Positions 1-9,208 of a stretch of DNA of 64,000 nt are shown piece by piece; the first letter of the stretch is position 1; every line of letters starts with the position of its first letter. Source of the DNA: an uncultured Acidobacteriota bacterium. Its GTDB lineage: Bacteria > Acidobacteriota > Thermoanaerobaculia > UBA5066 > DATFVB01. Position numbers and translations under genes: made by a program. The notes beneath the pieces are model-generated. The model was not told where the DNA came from, ran no database searches, and was given only the letters and a program-made list of their open reading frames with translations. The DNA is taken from NCBI GenBank assembly GCA_963813155.1, contig CAWEYG010000005.1, positions 192,001 to 256,000 of the forward strand, written 5' to 3'.

Positions 1-726
1 CAGCAGCCTTGTCACGGACTGCGCGGTTTCGACGCGGGCGAGCGCGTCGCCGTCCGTGAGGTGGCTCGCGACTTCCAGATTCAGGGAAAGGGCGGTCAGG
101 TGGTGGCCCAGGACGTCGTGCAGATCTCGCGCGATTCGCGCGCGCTCGGCGATCCGAGTGCTCTGCGCGAGCAGCTCGCGCGTGGCCTCGAGCTGGGCAT
201 TGGCGGCGGTCAGCCGCTCTCGCGCGGCCGATTCTTTGACGAGAAGCCGAGCCGCGGCGTCGGCGACGAGCTGGAACGACAGGTACGCAAAGACGAGGAC
301 GACGGCCCAGTGCCACCCCCACTGCACCCACATGATCGCGCCCAATCCGGCGCTCTGGGCCGCGATCCACGCGGCGGCAGCGCGCCTGGTCAAGAGTCCT
401 CCGAGCTCGAGGGCGACGAGCACGAGAAGGGCGGCCTCGAGGCCGAAGCAGGTGGGGAGCGCCAGCAGGGAAAGCACGGCCGCCGTCTGGCCGGCGACGA
501 GAACGATCGCTCCGGCGCGGTCCGGATTTCGGCGACGCGGCCGGCTCGCCAGCCCGTAGGCGAGGCCGAAGAGAAGGAACGAGGCAGCCCACGCGAGAAG
601 AGAGGTCCAGTCCCGCCCGCGAGCGGGAGCCAGGGCCTCTCCGATCAGGACCGGAGCGCCGACGGCGAGCCAGATCGCGAGACCGCCGGAGCGCAGGAGG
701 CGCCGGGAATCGTCCGGATCTCTCAT
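1..726 (-). CDS. Membrane sensor histidine kinase, HisKA_3 (NarX/DesK-like); runs off the window edge
   Basis: Manual translation from ATG at 726: several TM helices, then ERARIARDLHDVLGHHLTALSLNLE (HisKA_3 H-box). Not in the ORF track because no stop lies in the window. Confidence 0.9.
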   Translation of the reverse strand, partial: MRDPDDSRRLLRSGGLAIWLAVGAPVLIGEALAPARGRDWTSLLAWAASFLLFGLAYGLASRPRRRNPDRAGAIVLVAGQTAAVLSLLALPTCFGLEAALLVLVALELGGLLTRRAAAAWIAAQSAGLGAIMWVQWGWHWAVVLVFAYLSFQLVADAAARLLVKESAARERLTAANAQLEATRELLAQSTRIAERARIARDLHDVLGHHLTALSLNLEVASHLTDGDALARVETAQSVTRLL

Positions 727-868
727 GGTTGCAATCCGAGTATAGGCGCGGGCGGCCCGGCCCCGCCCCTGCCGGAAGTCATGGTCGCGGAAATCTTCGG
801 CAGGCGTGACCTTCGGCACACGCAACGCTTCGTTCCTTTCCGTAGCCTGAGACGTGAAAGGAGAGTTC

Positions 869-1246
869 ATGAAAAAGTTTCTGCTCCCGGTTCTGGTCTC
901 GCTCTTCGTGCTCGCGCTCGCGGAGGGAGTTCGCCTCTGCGCGGAGGAAATCCCCGCGGACGTCACGCTCAAGGGCACGATCGTCGACATGCATTGCTAC
1001 GTCACGCACGGCATTCACGACGCCGGGCACACGGCGTGCTCCAACGCCTGCATCGCGCGGGGCGTGCCGGCGGGCCTCCTCGCGGAAGACGGCACGCTCT
1101 ACGTCCTGTTCGAACAGAAGCCCTTCTCCGTGAAGGAAAAGGTGGCGGGACTCGCCGACGTTCCCGTGACGGTGACGGGCACTCCCGTCGTTCGCAGCGG
1201 CATCAAGGGACTGCAGATCAAGACGATCGAGAAAGAGGTGAAGTGA
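869..1246 (+). CDS. Secreted small protein with Cys/His motif (DUF5818-like)
   Basis: Signal peptide MKKFLLPVLVSLF; motif GTIVDMHC..H..H..CSNAC; purine-rich SD upstream. Confidence 0.75.
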   Translation: MKKFLLPVLVSLFVLALAEGVRLCAEEIPADVTLKGTIVDMHCYVTHGIHDAGHTACSNACIARGVPAGLLAEDGTLYVLFEQKPFSVKEKVAGLADVPVTVTGTPVVRSGIKGLQIKTIEKEVK

Positions 1247-1599
1247 TGGCGAGCGTTGCTTCGAAGATCCTCGCGGCGGCAATGATCGTCCTCGCGGTCG
1301 GGATTGCAGCGGCGGCCGAGGTCGAGCAATCGTGGAAAGGGCGTATCGGCGACAGCATGTGCGGTGTTTCGCACATGACCTCCGGCGACCCGTCGGCAAA
1401 GACGCCGACAGACGGGGATTGCGTCCGGTCCTGCGTCAAGGACGGCAGCGCGTACGTTTTCGTCAGCGACGGAAAAGTCTTCGCGATCGAGGACCAGGCC
1501 TTCGCCGACCTCGACAAGAACGCGGGCCGCGACGTGACGGTGTACGGAAAGATGAATAAGGACTCGATCCGGATCTCCCGGATTACACCGAACGATTGA
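1246..1599 (+). CDS. Secreted small protein with Cys/His motif (DUF5818-like), paralogue of the upstream gene
   Basis: TGATG coupling; signal peptide; GRIGDSMCGVSH...CVRSC. Confidence 0.75.
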   Translation: MASVASKILAAAMIVLAVGIAAAAEVEQSWKGRIGDSMCGVSHMTSGDPSAKTPTDGDCVRSCVKDGSAYVFVSDGKVFAIEDQAFADLDKNAGRDVTVYGKMNKDSIRISRITPND

Positions 1600-1615
1600 C
1601 CGTTCGCGGGGGGGG

Positions 1616-1652
1616 GTAGACATTCTTCACCCATGGGTGTAGATTGTCTACA
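1616..1652. promoter_or_regulatory. Putative tandem PadR operator
   Basis: Palindrome TGTAGA-TTG-TCTACA (1638-1652) reaching the padR start codon, plus degenerate copy GTAGACATTCTTC (1616-1628). Confidence 0.6.
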
Positions 1653-2014
1653 TGGTTGAGGGGGACGCCCCGGTCTCGCGGATCGAGCTGCTGCAGGGCA
1701 CTCTCGACCTCATCGTCCTTCAGACGCTCTGCTGGGGGCCGCGCCACGGATACGGCATCGCGCAGATGATCCGAGCCGGCTCGCGCGACCTGCTGCAGGT
1801 CGACACCGGCTCCCTCTACCCGGCGCTTCATCGTCTCGAGCGCCAGAAGGCGATCTCGGCGGAATGGGCCGTGTCGGAGAACCGACAGCGCGTCCGCCTC
1901 TATCGCCTGACTCCCGCGGGCCGCAAACGGCTTGCCGCCGAACGGTCGAAGTGGGAGCAGCTCTCCGGCATCATCGAGGGAATCCTGTCGCTGCCCGCGG
2001 AGAGCGAGGCGTGA
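1652..2014 (+). CDS. PadR-family transcriptional regulator (acidobacterial type)
   Basis: LLQGTLDLIVL..PRHGYGIA..GSLYPALHRLE; sits directly upstream of an ADOP permease. Confidence 0.92.
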   Translation: MVEGDAPVSRIELLQGTLDLIVLQTLCWGPRHGYGIAQMIRAGSRDLLQVDTGSLYPALHRLERQKAISAEWAVSENRQRVRLYRLTPAGRKRLAAERSKWEQLSGIIEGILSLPAESEA

Positions 2015-4653
2015 GGCTGCCCCGGCTCTTTCCCCGCAGCCGGGCGCGCCGCGAGCAGGAGCTGGACGCCGAGATCCTCGCCCATCTCCAGATGGCCGTC
2101 GATGAGCGGATCGCCCGCGGCGAGTCTCCGGAGGACGCGGCCGCCGCCGCGCGGCGCGAATTCGGCAACGTCGGGCACGTCAAGGAGACTTCGCGCGACA
2201 TGTGGGGCGGTCTCTGGCTCGAGCGGCTGGGGCAGGACCTTCGATTCGGATTCCGGATGCTCCGCCGCAGCCCCGGCTTTTCCCTTCTCGCGATCCTCTG
2301 CCTGACTCTCGGTATCGGCGCCAACGCCGCCGTGTTCAGCTGGATCGAGGGGATCCTGCTGCGGCCTTTTCCGGCCGTCGCCCATCAGGAAAGGCTCGTC
2401 GCCCTCAAAGGGACCGACCGCGGGTCGGACAATCCCGACATCTCGTGGCCCGATTTCCAGGACTACCGGAGAAACAGCGCGCTCTTCGAGTCGTTCATCG
2501 GAGACAAGATCACGGGGACGACGCTGACCATCGGCGACCGGGCGGAGCGCGCGAGCGGAAGCATCGTCTCGGCGAACTATTTCGACGCGCTCGGGGTCCG
2601 CCCGTTCCTCGGGCGCGGATTCCAGCCGGGCGAAGACGCCGGACGAAACGCGCATCCGGTCACGGTGATCAGCTACCAGACCTGGAAGGATCGCTACCGC
2701 GGCGATCCGGCGATCATCGGCAAGACGCAGCGCCTGAGCGGCGTGCTCTTCACGATCGTCGGCGTCGCGCCGCCGGGATTCGCGGGCACGTTCGTCGGAT
2801 ACGGGATGCAGTTCTGGGTGCCGGCGTCGATGGAAGAGACGTTCGAAAACGGCGGATACAAGCTGGACGACCGGGGGGCCCGATGGGTCGAGGGTTTCGC
2901 GAAATTGAAGCCCGGAGTCGGTTTGAGGCAGGCGCAGGATCAGATTTCCGCGGTCGCGAAGCGGCTCGAGCTGGCCTACCCGGAGACCAATCGCGGCCAT
3001 GGACTCCAGATCCTCCCGCTCTCGGAGACCCCGTTCAACAAGGCGAGCGAAATGCGGCCGACGCTCGGAATCCTCTTTGCGGTGGTGATCGGCGTCCTCC
3101 TGATCGCCTGCGCGAACGTCGGAAACCTGCTGCTCGTTCGCGCTTTTTCCCGGCGAAAGGAGATGACGGTCCGGCTCGCGCTCGGCTCCGGGCGCGGCCG
3201 CCTGATCGGGCAGCTCCTCACGGAGGGGCTCGTCCTGTCGGCCTTCGCCGCGGGGGGTGGGCTCCTGATCGCCCTCTGGGCGCACAACGGGCTTACGCCG
3301 TTTTTTCCGGCGCCGGCAGGAATCGTCATGAATCTGGGAGGGCAGCTCGACTGGCGTGTGCTCGGCGCGAGCGCGGTCGTCTGCCTCGTGTCGACCCTGC
3401 TCGCGGGCCTCGCGCCGGCGCTCCAGACGAGCCGGATCGATCTCGCGGCCACGCTGAATTCCGAGGCGGGCGGCGTCGTCGGGGGGCGCGGGAGGTCGCG
3501 GATCCGGTCCGCCCTGGTCCTGATCCAGGTCTCGCTCAGCTTCGTGCTGCTCGTCGGCGCCGGCCTGCTCATCCGGAGCCTTCGGGCCATGCAGACCGCC
3601 AACCCGGGGTTCTCGACGGGGGTGCTTGCGACGGGAGTGGACCTCTCGTCCGCGGGGTACGACGCGCCGCGCGCGCGAATCTTCCAGGACGAGCTGATCG
3701 ACCGGGTGAAGGCGCTTCCGGGCGTCCAATCGGCCGCGTTCGCGCGCGTGCGCCCTTTTACGTTCCTTCCGTACACGTCCGCCCCGATCGCGGTGGACGG
3801 CTACCAGCCCGCTCCCGACGAGCAGCCGACGGCAGACTCCGACGAGGTCGGGCCCGCCTTCCTCGCGACGATGGGAATTCCGCTCGTCAGCGGCCGCGAA
3901 TTCACGAGCGCCGACGACGAAAACGCTCAGCCCGTCGCGGTCGTCAACGAAACGATGGCGGCGCGCTACTTCCACGGTGCGAACCCGGTCGGACGACGGC
4001 TTCGCGTCAAGGACCGCTGGCTGGAGATCGTCGGTCTTGCGCGGGATTCGAAATACGGCTCGATGATGGAAAAACCGAAACCGCTTTTCTACGTGCCGCT
4101 TCGCCAGAAACCTTCGATCGCGGCAAGCCTCCTCGTCCGATCCTCGCTTTCGCCGGGCGCCATGAGGGCGGTTCTCGTGCGCGAGGTCCATGCGTTGGAT
4201 TCCGGCCTCGCGCCCGCCGAGGTGATCACCCTGCGGGAGCAGATCGACCGCATGTCGTCCGCGCAGAAGATCGGGGTGACGTTGCTCGGTATCTTCGGGG
4301 GGCTCGCGCTGCTCCTCGCCGCGATCGGCCTCTACGCGGTGATGTCGTACGCCGTTTCGCAGAGCTCGCGCGAGATTGGGCTCCGCATGGCCCTCGGCGC
4401 GAGCGGTTCGAACCTTCTGCGGCTCGTGATGTCGCGCGGGCTTTCGCTCGCCGCGGGGGGAGTCGTCCTGGGCGCGCTGGCGGCGCTCGCGCTCACGCGG
4501 CTCGTCGGCTACCTCCTGTACAAGGTCAGCCCGCGCGATCCCGTCGCGTTCGGGTTCGCGTTCGCGGTCCTCGCGGTCGTGTCGCTGGCCGCGTGCTTCT
4601 TCCCCGCCCGCCGCGCGACCCGGACGGATCCCGCCCGGGCGCTGCGGCAGTAG
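2011..4653 (+). CDS. ADOP-family duplicated ABC permease (MacB/FtsX-like)
   Basis: GTGA overlap; permease prefix ELDAEILAHL..ARREFGN; LLIACANVGNLLL; EIGLRMALGA. Confidence 0.92.
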   Translation: MRLPRLFPRSRARREQELDAEILAHLQMAVDERIARGESPEDAAAAARREFGNVGHVKETSRDMWGGLWLERLGQDLRFGFRMLRRSPGFSLLAILCLTLGIGANAAVFSWIEGILLRPFPAVAHQERLVALKGTDRGSDNPDISWPDFQDYRRNSALFESFIGDKITGTTLTIGDRAERASGSIVSANYFDALGVRPFLGRGFQPGEDAGRNAHPVTVISYQTWKDRYRGDPAIIGKTQRLSGVLFTIVGVAPPGFAGTFVGYGMQFWVPASMEETFENGGYKLDDRGARWVEGFAKLKPGVGLRQAQDQISAVAKRLELAYPETNRGHGLQILPLSETPFNKASEMRPTLGILFAVVIGVLLIACANVGNLLLVRAFSRRKEMTVRLALGSGRGRLIGQLLTEGLVLSAFAAGGGLLIALWAHNGLTPFFPAPAGIVMNLGGQLDWRVLGASAVVCLVSTLLAGLAPALQTSRIDLAATLNSEAGGVVGGRGRSRIRSALVLIQVSLSFVLLVGAGLLIRSLRAMQTANPGFSTGVLATGVDLSSAGYDAPRARIFQDELIDRVKALPGVQSAAFARVRPFTFLPYTSAPIAVDGYQPAPDEQPTADSDEVGPAFLATMGIPLVSGREFTSADDENAQPVAVVNETMAARYFHGANPVGRRLRVKDRWLEIVGLARDSKYGSMMEKPKPLFYVPLRQKPSIAASLLVRSSLSPGAMRAVLVREVHALDSGLAPAEVITLREQIDRMSSAQKIGVTLLGIFGGLALLLAAIGLYAVMSYAVSQSSREIGLRMALGASGSNLLRLVMSRGLSLAAGGVVLGALAALALTRLVGYLLYKVSPRDPVAFGFAFAVLAVVSLAACFFPARRATRTDPARALRQ

Positions 4654-4702
4654 CCGCGGGCACGAATGGTAGAGTCTCCCTCAGAAAGCAGGGAGACCAG
4701 TC

Positions 4703-5614
4703 ATGAATTCCGGAAACGTGATCGATCTCGACGCGCTCAAGCGCCTCCGCGAGAGAGCCCGATGGATTCCGCTCGCCATCGCCGTTCTGGCCGCCGGGAT
4801 CTTCGTCGCAAACTGTATGGTCTATATCCGTCCCGGCTCGGTGGGCGTACTGATCCACCGGAGCGGCGGCGGCGTCGACCGCACGCCGCTCGACGTCGGG
4901 TTTCATTTCAAATGGCCCGTGCTTCAGGAAGTCGTCGAGTACCCGATCTACATGCAGACCCTCGTGCTGACGCGATCCGACCGCGAAGGAAATGCGTACA
5001 ACGAAGAGATCAACGTCAACTCGGTCGAGGGCCAGCCGATCAGCTGCGACGTCTCGCTTTCCTTCGAGCTCGATCCGACCCGGGTTCCCTTCTTGTACAG
5101 CTCGTTCCGGACGACGATCGGAATGATCACTCATGGCTTCGTGAAACAGAGCATTCGTCAGGCTCTGCAGGAAGTCGTCGGGCGTACCGAGATCGTGAAT
5201 TTCCTCGGCAAAGACAAAGCGCTCGTCGTCAACCAAACGCAGGCCGATCTCCAGAAGCATCTCGGCGAGTATGGATTCGTTGTCAAGCAGTTCACGTTGA
5301 ATGAGGTTCGTGCGCCGGATTCGATCGTCAAGGCGATCGAAGCGAAGAACACGATGGCTCAGGAGGCTCTTCGCGCGCAGAACGAGATGCAAAAGAAACA
5401 GTTCGAGGCGCAGCAGAAGATCATCGAAGCGGAGGGGGACGCGAAATCGACGCTCACGCGAGCGAAGGCTCAGGCGGAATCGAATCAACTCCTGTCGTCT
5501 TCCCTCACCGCCCAACTTGTCGAATACCGCAAGATCGACAAATGGAACGGCCAGCTGCCGCAGGTTTCGGGCGGCGCAACACCGTTCATCACCCTGCAAA
5601 AGCCCGAGCGCTAG
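4703..5614 (+). CDS. SPFH/prohibitin/band-7 family protein
   Basis: N-terminal TM, SPFH domain, coiled coil with AEGDA and KWNGQLP motifs. Confidence 0.88.
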   Translation: MNSGNVIDLDALKRLRERARWIPLAIAVLAAGIFVANCMVYIRPGSVGVLIHRSGGGVDRTPLDVGFHFKWPVLQEVVEYPIYMQTLVLTRSDREGNAYNEEINVNSVEGQPISCDVSLSFELDPTRVPFLYSSFRTTIGMITHGFVKQSIRQALQEVVGRTEIVNFLGKDKALVVNQTQADLQKHLGEYGFVVKQFTLNEVRAPDSIVKAIEAKNTMAQEALRAQNEMQKKQFEAQQKIIEAEGDAKSTLTRAKAQAESNQLLSSSLTAQLVEYRKIDKWNGQLPQVSGGATPFITLQKPER

Positions 5615-5626
5615 AGCAAGTTCGGA

Positions 5627-6082
5627 CTACCCTCGCGCCGAGCGCTGCTCGCGCCGGGGGGCCATTTCGACAGGGGGCTGCTCGCGGCGTTCGAGGCTCG
5701 CGTCCACGCTCGCGGCCCATGGCCGCGGGATCGCCGAGAGCATCAGCGCCGATCCGAGCAGGGCGATGTTCTTCGTGAAGTTCACCATGTCGTTGATCTG
5801 CTCGGTGCCCGTCTCGCTCCAGAACGGGTGCATGTAGATCGTCACCGGGGCGAGAAAGAGCACGATCGCCCCGATTCCGACGGACGGTTTCCACCCGAGC
5901 AACAGACTCAATCCTCCGACGAGAAGGAACGCGCCGGCGACGGGAACGGCGACCTCCGGAAAGGGAACGCCCTTCGCGGCCGCGTACACCGCCGTCTTCG
6001 CGCTGTGCAGGAGCAGGTTCGCTCCGCTGAAGAGGTAGAACCCGGCCACGACGAGGCGGCCGGTCAGGAATGCGGTTTTCAC
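5627..6082 (-). CDS. DoxX family membrane protein
   Basis: GTG start after GGAGG; HPFW...FTKNIALLG motif. Confidence 0.88.
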   Translation of the reverse strand: MKTAFLTGRLVVAGFYLFSGANLLLHSAKTAVYAAAKGVPFPEVAVPVAGAFLLVGGLSLLLGWKPSVGIGAIVLFLAPVTIYMHPFWSETGTEQINDMVNFTKNIALLGSALMLSAIPRPWAASVDASLERREQPPVEMAPRREQRSARG

Positions 6083-6172
6083 AGGACCTCCTTTCTGTCC
6101 GGAAAAAGGTCTGATGCAAGAATCGTGAAACTCCGCGAAGTGCCTCGGAACGGATGGGTTAGACTCCCCGGG

Positions 6173-7021
6173 ATGCGGGTCTTCGACGTCCACATTCACG
6201 TTCAGCCTCACTCGGAGTTCAACGCGGTTTCGCGCGAGTTCCTCGAGCGTGGGCGCCGAGATCTCGAGCGGTACGCGAAGATCGAGGGCTCTCCCCGCGA
6301 GCTGCTTCGCTTCCTCGACGAACAGGAGATCGAACGCGCCTGCCTGATCAACTACTCCGCGCCCGACACCCTGGGCCTTTCCGAAAACGTCTTCGAGTGG
6401 GTGCTCCGCTACTGCCGGGAGGACCCGAGGAGGCTGCTCGCAACCGGGTCGGTGCATCCCCGGCTCGCGAAGCCCGGGGAGCACGCCGCGCGGCGCCTCT
6501 TCGAGAGCGGGATCCGGATGCTCAAGCTCCATCCCCCTCACCAGCTCTTTTCGCCCAACGACCACCTTTTCGGAAATGCGGTGCTGGCCGAGATCTACGC
6601 CGACGCGCAGGAGGCTGGACGGCCGGTGATGATCCACACGGGCACGTCGGTTTTTCCGTCGGCGCGGAACCGGTTCGCGGACCCGATGCCGGTCGACGAC
6701 GTCGCGGTCGATTTCCCGAAGTTGAAGATCGTCCTCGCGCACTGCGGGCGGCCGCTGTTCTACGAGACGGCGTTTTTTCTCGCGCGCCGGCACGAGAACG
6801 TCTACCTGGAGCTGTCCGGAATCCCGCCGAAAAAGCTCCTCCAGGCCCTCCCGCGGCTCGAGGACGTCGCGCACAAGACCCTGTGGGGGACCGACTGGCC
6901 CTCGCCCGGCATTTCCTCGCCGGCGGAGAACGTGGCCGCGTTCCGCGCGCTGTCGCTCTCGGAGGGGGCGAAGCAGAAGATCCTGTACGACAACGCGCAG
7001 GCACTGTTCCCCGAGAACTGA
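6173..7021 (+). CDS. Amidohydrolase_2 family metallohydrolase
   Basis: DVHIH, LKLHP, IHTG, LAHCG and WGTDWP motifs. Confidence 0.88.
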   Translation: MRVFDVHIHVQPHSEFNAVSREFLERGRRDLERYAKIEGSPRELLRFLDEQEIERACLINYSAPDTLGLSENVFEWVLRYCREDPRRLLATGSVHPRLAKPGEHAARRLFESGIRMLKLHPPHQLFSPNDHLFGNAVLAEIYADAQEAGRPVMIHTGTSVFPSARNRFADPMPVDDVAVDFPKLKIVLAHCGRPLFYETAFFLARRHENVYLELSGIPPKKLLQALPRLEDVAHKTLWGTDWPSPGISSPAENVAAFRALSLSEGAKQKILYDNAQALFPEN

Positions 7022-7050
7022 CCGGGCGGGAGCGGGTCTTCGAGGTCTCT

Positions 7051-7173
7051 CGTCGGCGCGGCCGGGGCCAACGCGCCAGCGCAGGCTGGTCTCTGAGATC
7101 CCGAGGGAAAGCGAATTGCGGCCGAGGGTCGAAGAGACTTGCCGAGCGGGTGCTGGGGCTGGCCGCGCCGACG
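7051..7173 (-). repeat. Dispersed long-hairpin element, copy A
   Basis: Perfect 13-bp terminal inverted repeat (7051-7063/7161-7173); reverse complement matches 54663-54754 with about 4 mismatches in ~92 nt. Confidence 0.85.
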
Positions 7174-7208
7174 GGCCGAGGTTTGACGGAACGTATAATC
7201 GAATCCGG

Positions 7209-8120
7209 ATGACCGCCTCGCACCCGCACGCGATCCGAACGGTCCTCATCGTGGGCTCCGGGACGATGGGCCGGGGAATCGCCTCGGTCACTGCGATTCG
7301 CGGCTTCGAGACGCTCCTCTTCGACGCCGACCCGCGCTCCCTCGGGGCCGCCCACGAGCTCATCGGGGCGTCGTGGGACAAAGCGGTTTCCCGCCAGAAG
7401 CTCTCCGCGGAGGACGTTCGCGCCGCTCGCCTGCGCCTCCGCTGCCTCTCGCGGCTGGCGGACGGGGCTCCTGCGGACGCTGCGATCGAGGCCGTTCCGG
7501 AGAGCCTCGATCTGAAACGTTCGATCTTTTCGGAGCTCGATGCGATTTGCGCCGAGAGCGCGCTTCTCGCCTCGAACACCTCGTCCCTGTCGATCTCGAA
7601 GATCGCGACGGCGACCCGCCGGCCGGCTCGCGTGATCGGGCTCCATTTCTTCAACCCGGTGGCCGTCAAGACGCTCGTCGAGATCGTCGCGGGGGCGGAG
7701 ACCTCGGCGGAGACCGTCGCCCGCGCCCGAACGTTCGTGGAAGCCCTCGGCAAGGAGCCGATCTCCGTCCGGGATTCGCCGGGGTTCGCGACGTCGAGGC
7801 TCGGCGTCGCGCTCGGGCTCGAGGCGGCGCGCATGCTGGAAGAGGGCGTCGCCTCCGCGGCCGACATCGACCGGGCGATGGAAGCGGGCTACGGCCATGC
7901 CATGGGCCCCCTGAAGACGTCCGACCTCGTAGGCCTCGACGTGCGACTGTCGATCGCGAACAGCCTGTCCGAAGAGCTTTCGGAAGAGCGGTTCCGCCCG
8001 CCGGAGATTCTGCGGCGGCTCGTGGCGGAGGGAAAGACGGGCCGGAAGGCGGGCGAGGGATTCTACCGGTGGGACGGCGACACGCCGGTGCCGGCCGGGC
8101 GCAAGCCGGGCAAGAGCTGA
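7209..8120 (+). CDS. 3-hydroxyacyl-CoA (3-hydroxybutyryl-CoA) dehydrogenase
   Basis: GSGTMGRG, IEAVPE, ASNTSSLS and GLHFFNP motifs. Confidence 0.92.
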   Translation: MTASHPHAIRTVLIVGSGTMGRGIASVTAIRGFETLLFDADPRSLGAAHELIGASWDKAVSRQKLSAEDVRAARLRLRCLSRLADGAPADAAIEAVPESLDLKRSIFSELDAICAESALLASNTSSLSISKIATATRRPARVIGLHFFNPVAVKTLVEIVAGAETSAETVARARTFVEALGKEPISVRDSPGFATSRLGVALGLEAARMLEEGVASAADIDRAMEAGYGHAMGPLKTSDLVGLDVRLSIANSLSEELSEERFRPPEILRRLVAEGKTGRKAGEGFYRWDGDTPVPAGRKPGKS

Positions 8121-8127
8121 CCTCCGG

Positions 8128-8970
8128 TCAGGCGGCGTCTTCTCCCGCGAACTCGATTCGAACGTCCCGAACGAGGCCCGCCCGGGCCGCGCGCCCGAGG
8201 AAGGTCTCGATCGCGAGCCGGCCCCGTTCGCCGTAGCCGCGCGTCCAGTCGTTGACGTACATCGCAACGAAGCGATCCGCCTTTTCGCGGTCGAGGTCGC
8301 GGGCGAACTGCATGGCATAGTCGAGCGCGTCCTTCCGGTGGTCCAGCGCGTACTCGATCGAATCCCCGAGCGCGCCCGACACTCTTCGAATCGTGTCCGC
8401 TCCAAGGTCCTTCCGGATGACGTTTCCCCCGAGCGGCAGCGGTAGTCCGGTCTCCTGCTTCCACCAGGCCCCGAGGTCGACGACCCGAAACAGTCCTTCC
8501 GTCTCGTAAGTCAACTGGCCCTCGTGGATGAGCACGCCCGCGTCCACCTCCTGGGACTGCACGGCCGCAAGGATCGCGTCGAAGGGGAGGGTCGTCGTGG
8601 CGGTCCCGGGCCTCCAGAGCTGGAGCGCGAGGGCGGCGGAGGTCTTCGCCCCGGGGATCGCGACGCGGATTCCCTCCAGGTCGTGCTTCGAGAGAGGGCG
8701 CGAGGAAACGACGACCGGGCCGTAGCCGTCTCCGAACGAGGCGCCGTGCGGGAGCAGCGCGTAGTGCTCCGCGACGCCGGGATAGGCGTGGAACGAAATG
8801 GCGGAGACGTCGAGCTCGCGGTTTTCCGTCCGGCGGTTGAGCGTCTCGATGTCCGACAGCTGGTGGACGAACTCGATTCCGCGGTCGTCGATCTTTTTTT
8901 CGGCGAGCGCGTAGAACATGAATGCGTCGTCGGAATCCGGGGAATGAGCGACCGAGATCGTCTTTCTCAC
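8128..8970 (-). CDS. mqnD: 1,4-dihydroxy-6-naphthoate synthase (futalosine menaquinone pathway)
   Basis: HSPDSDDAFMFYAL, LIHEGQLTY, LPLPLG and MYVN motifs. Confidence 0.85.
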   Translation of the reverse strand: MRKTISVAHSPDSDDAFMFYALAEKKIDDRGIEFVHQLSDIETLNRRTENRELDVSAISFHAYPGVAEHYALLPHGASFGDGYGPVVVSSRPLSKHDLEGIRVAIPGAKTSAALALQLWRPGTATTTLPFDAILAAVQSQEVDAGVLIHEGQLTYETEGLFRVVDLGAWWKQETGLPLPLGGNVIRKDLGADTIRRVSGALGDSIEYALDHRKDALDYAMQFARDLDREKADRFVAMYVNDWTRGYGERGRLAIETFLGRAARAGLVRDVRIEFAGEDAA

Positions 8971-8984
8971 AGGGACACCCCGCC

Positions 8985-9043
8985 AAAAAAAAGTTTGAAA
9001 ATCAAGAAATATTTCTTGCGTCTCGTCGAAAAACACTTAAAAT
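8985..9043 (+). promoter_or_regulatory. Putative sigma70-type promoter with AT-rich UP-like element
   Basis: TTGCGT (9016-9021), 16 bp, TAAAAT (9038-9043); A/T tracts upstream in an otherwise very GC-rich window. Confidence 0.6.
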
Positions 9044-9208
9044 GAAATCGCCGAAGGGAATCAAGCCCTCCGGCGATTTAGGAGCGAATGTTCCTACAAA
9101 CTAACGGTAGTGACAGTCCGCAGGTGTTACGCCCCTTCCCAATCAGGGGGGTCAACATAGCACCGGCCCAACGGTCTGTCAATCGACTACCGGGAGGGAG
9201 GTGACGAA

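Noticed and set aside
56-868. Plus-strand ORFs 56-559 and the first part of 61-1599
   Set aside because: Antisense shadows of the minus-strand histidine kinase; only 1246-1599 is a credible gene.
9105-9192. 6S RNA candidate
   Set aside because: The rod is only 88 nt and lacks the large central bubble of a ~180-nt 6S RNA.
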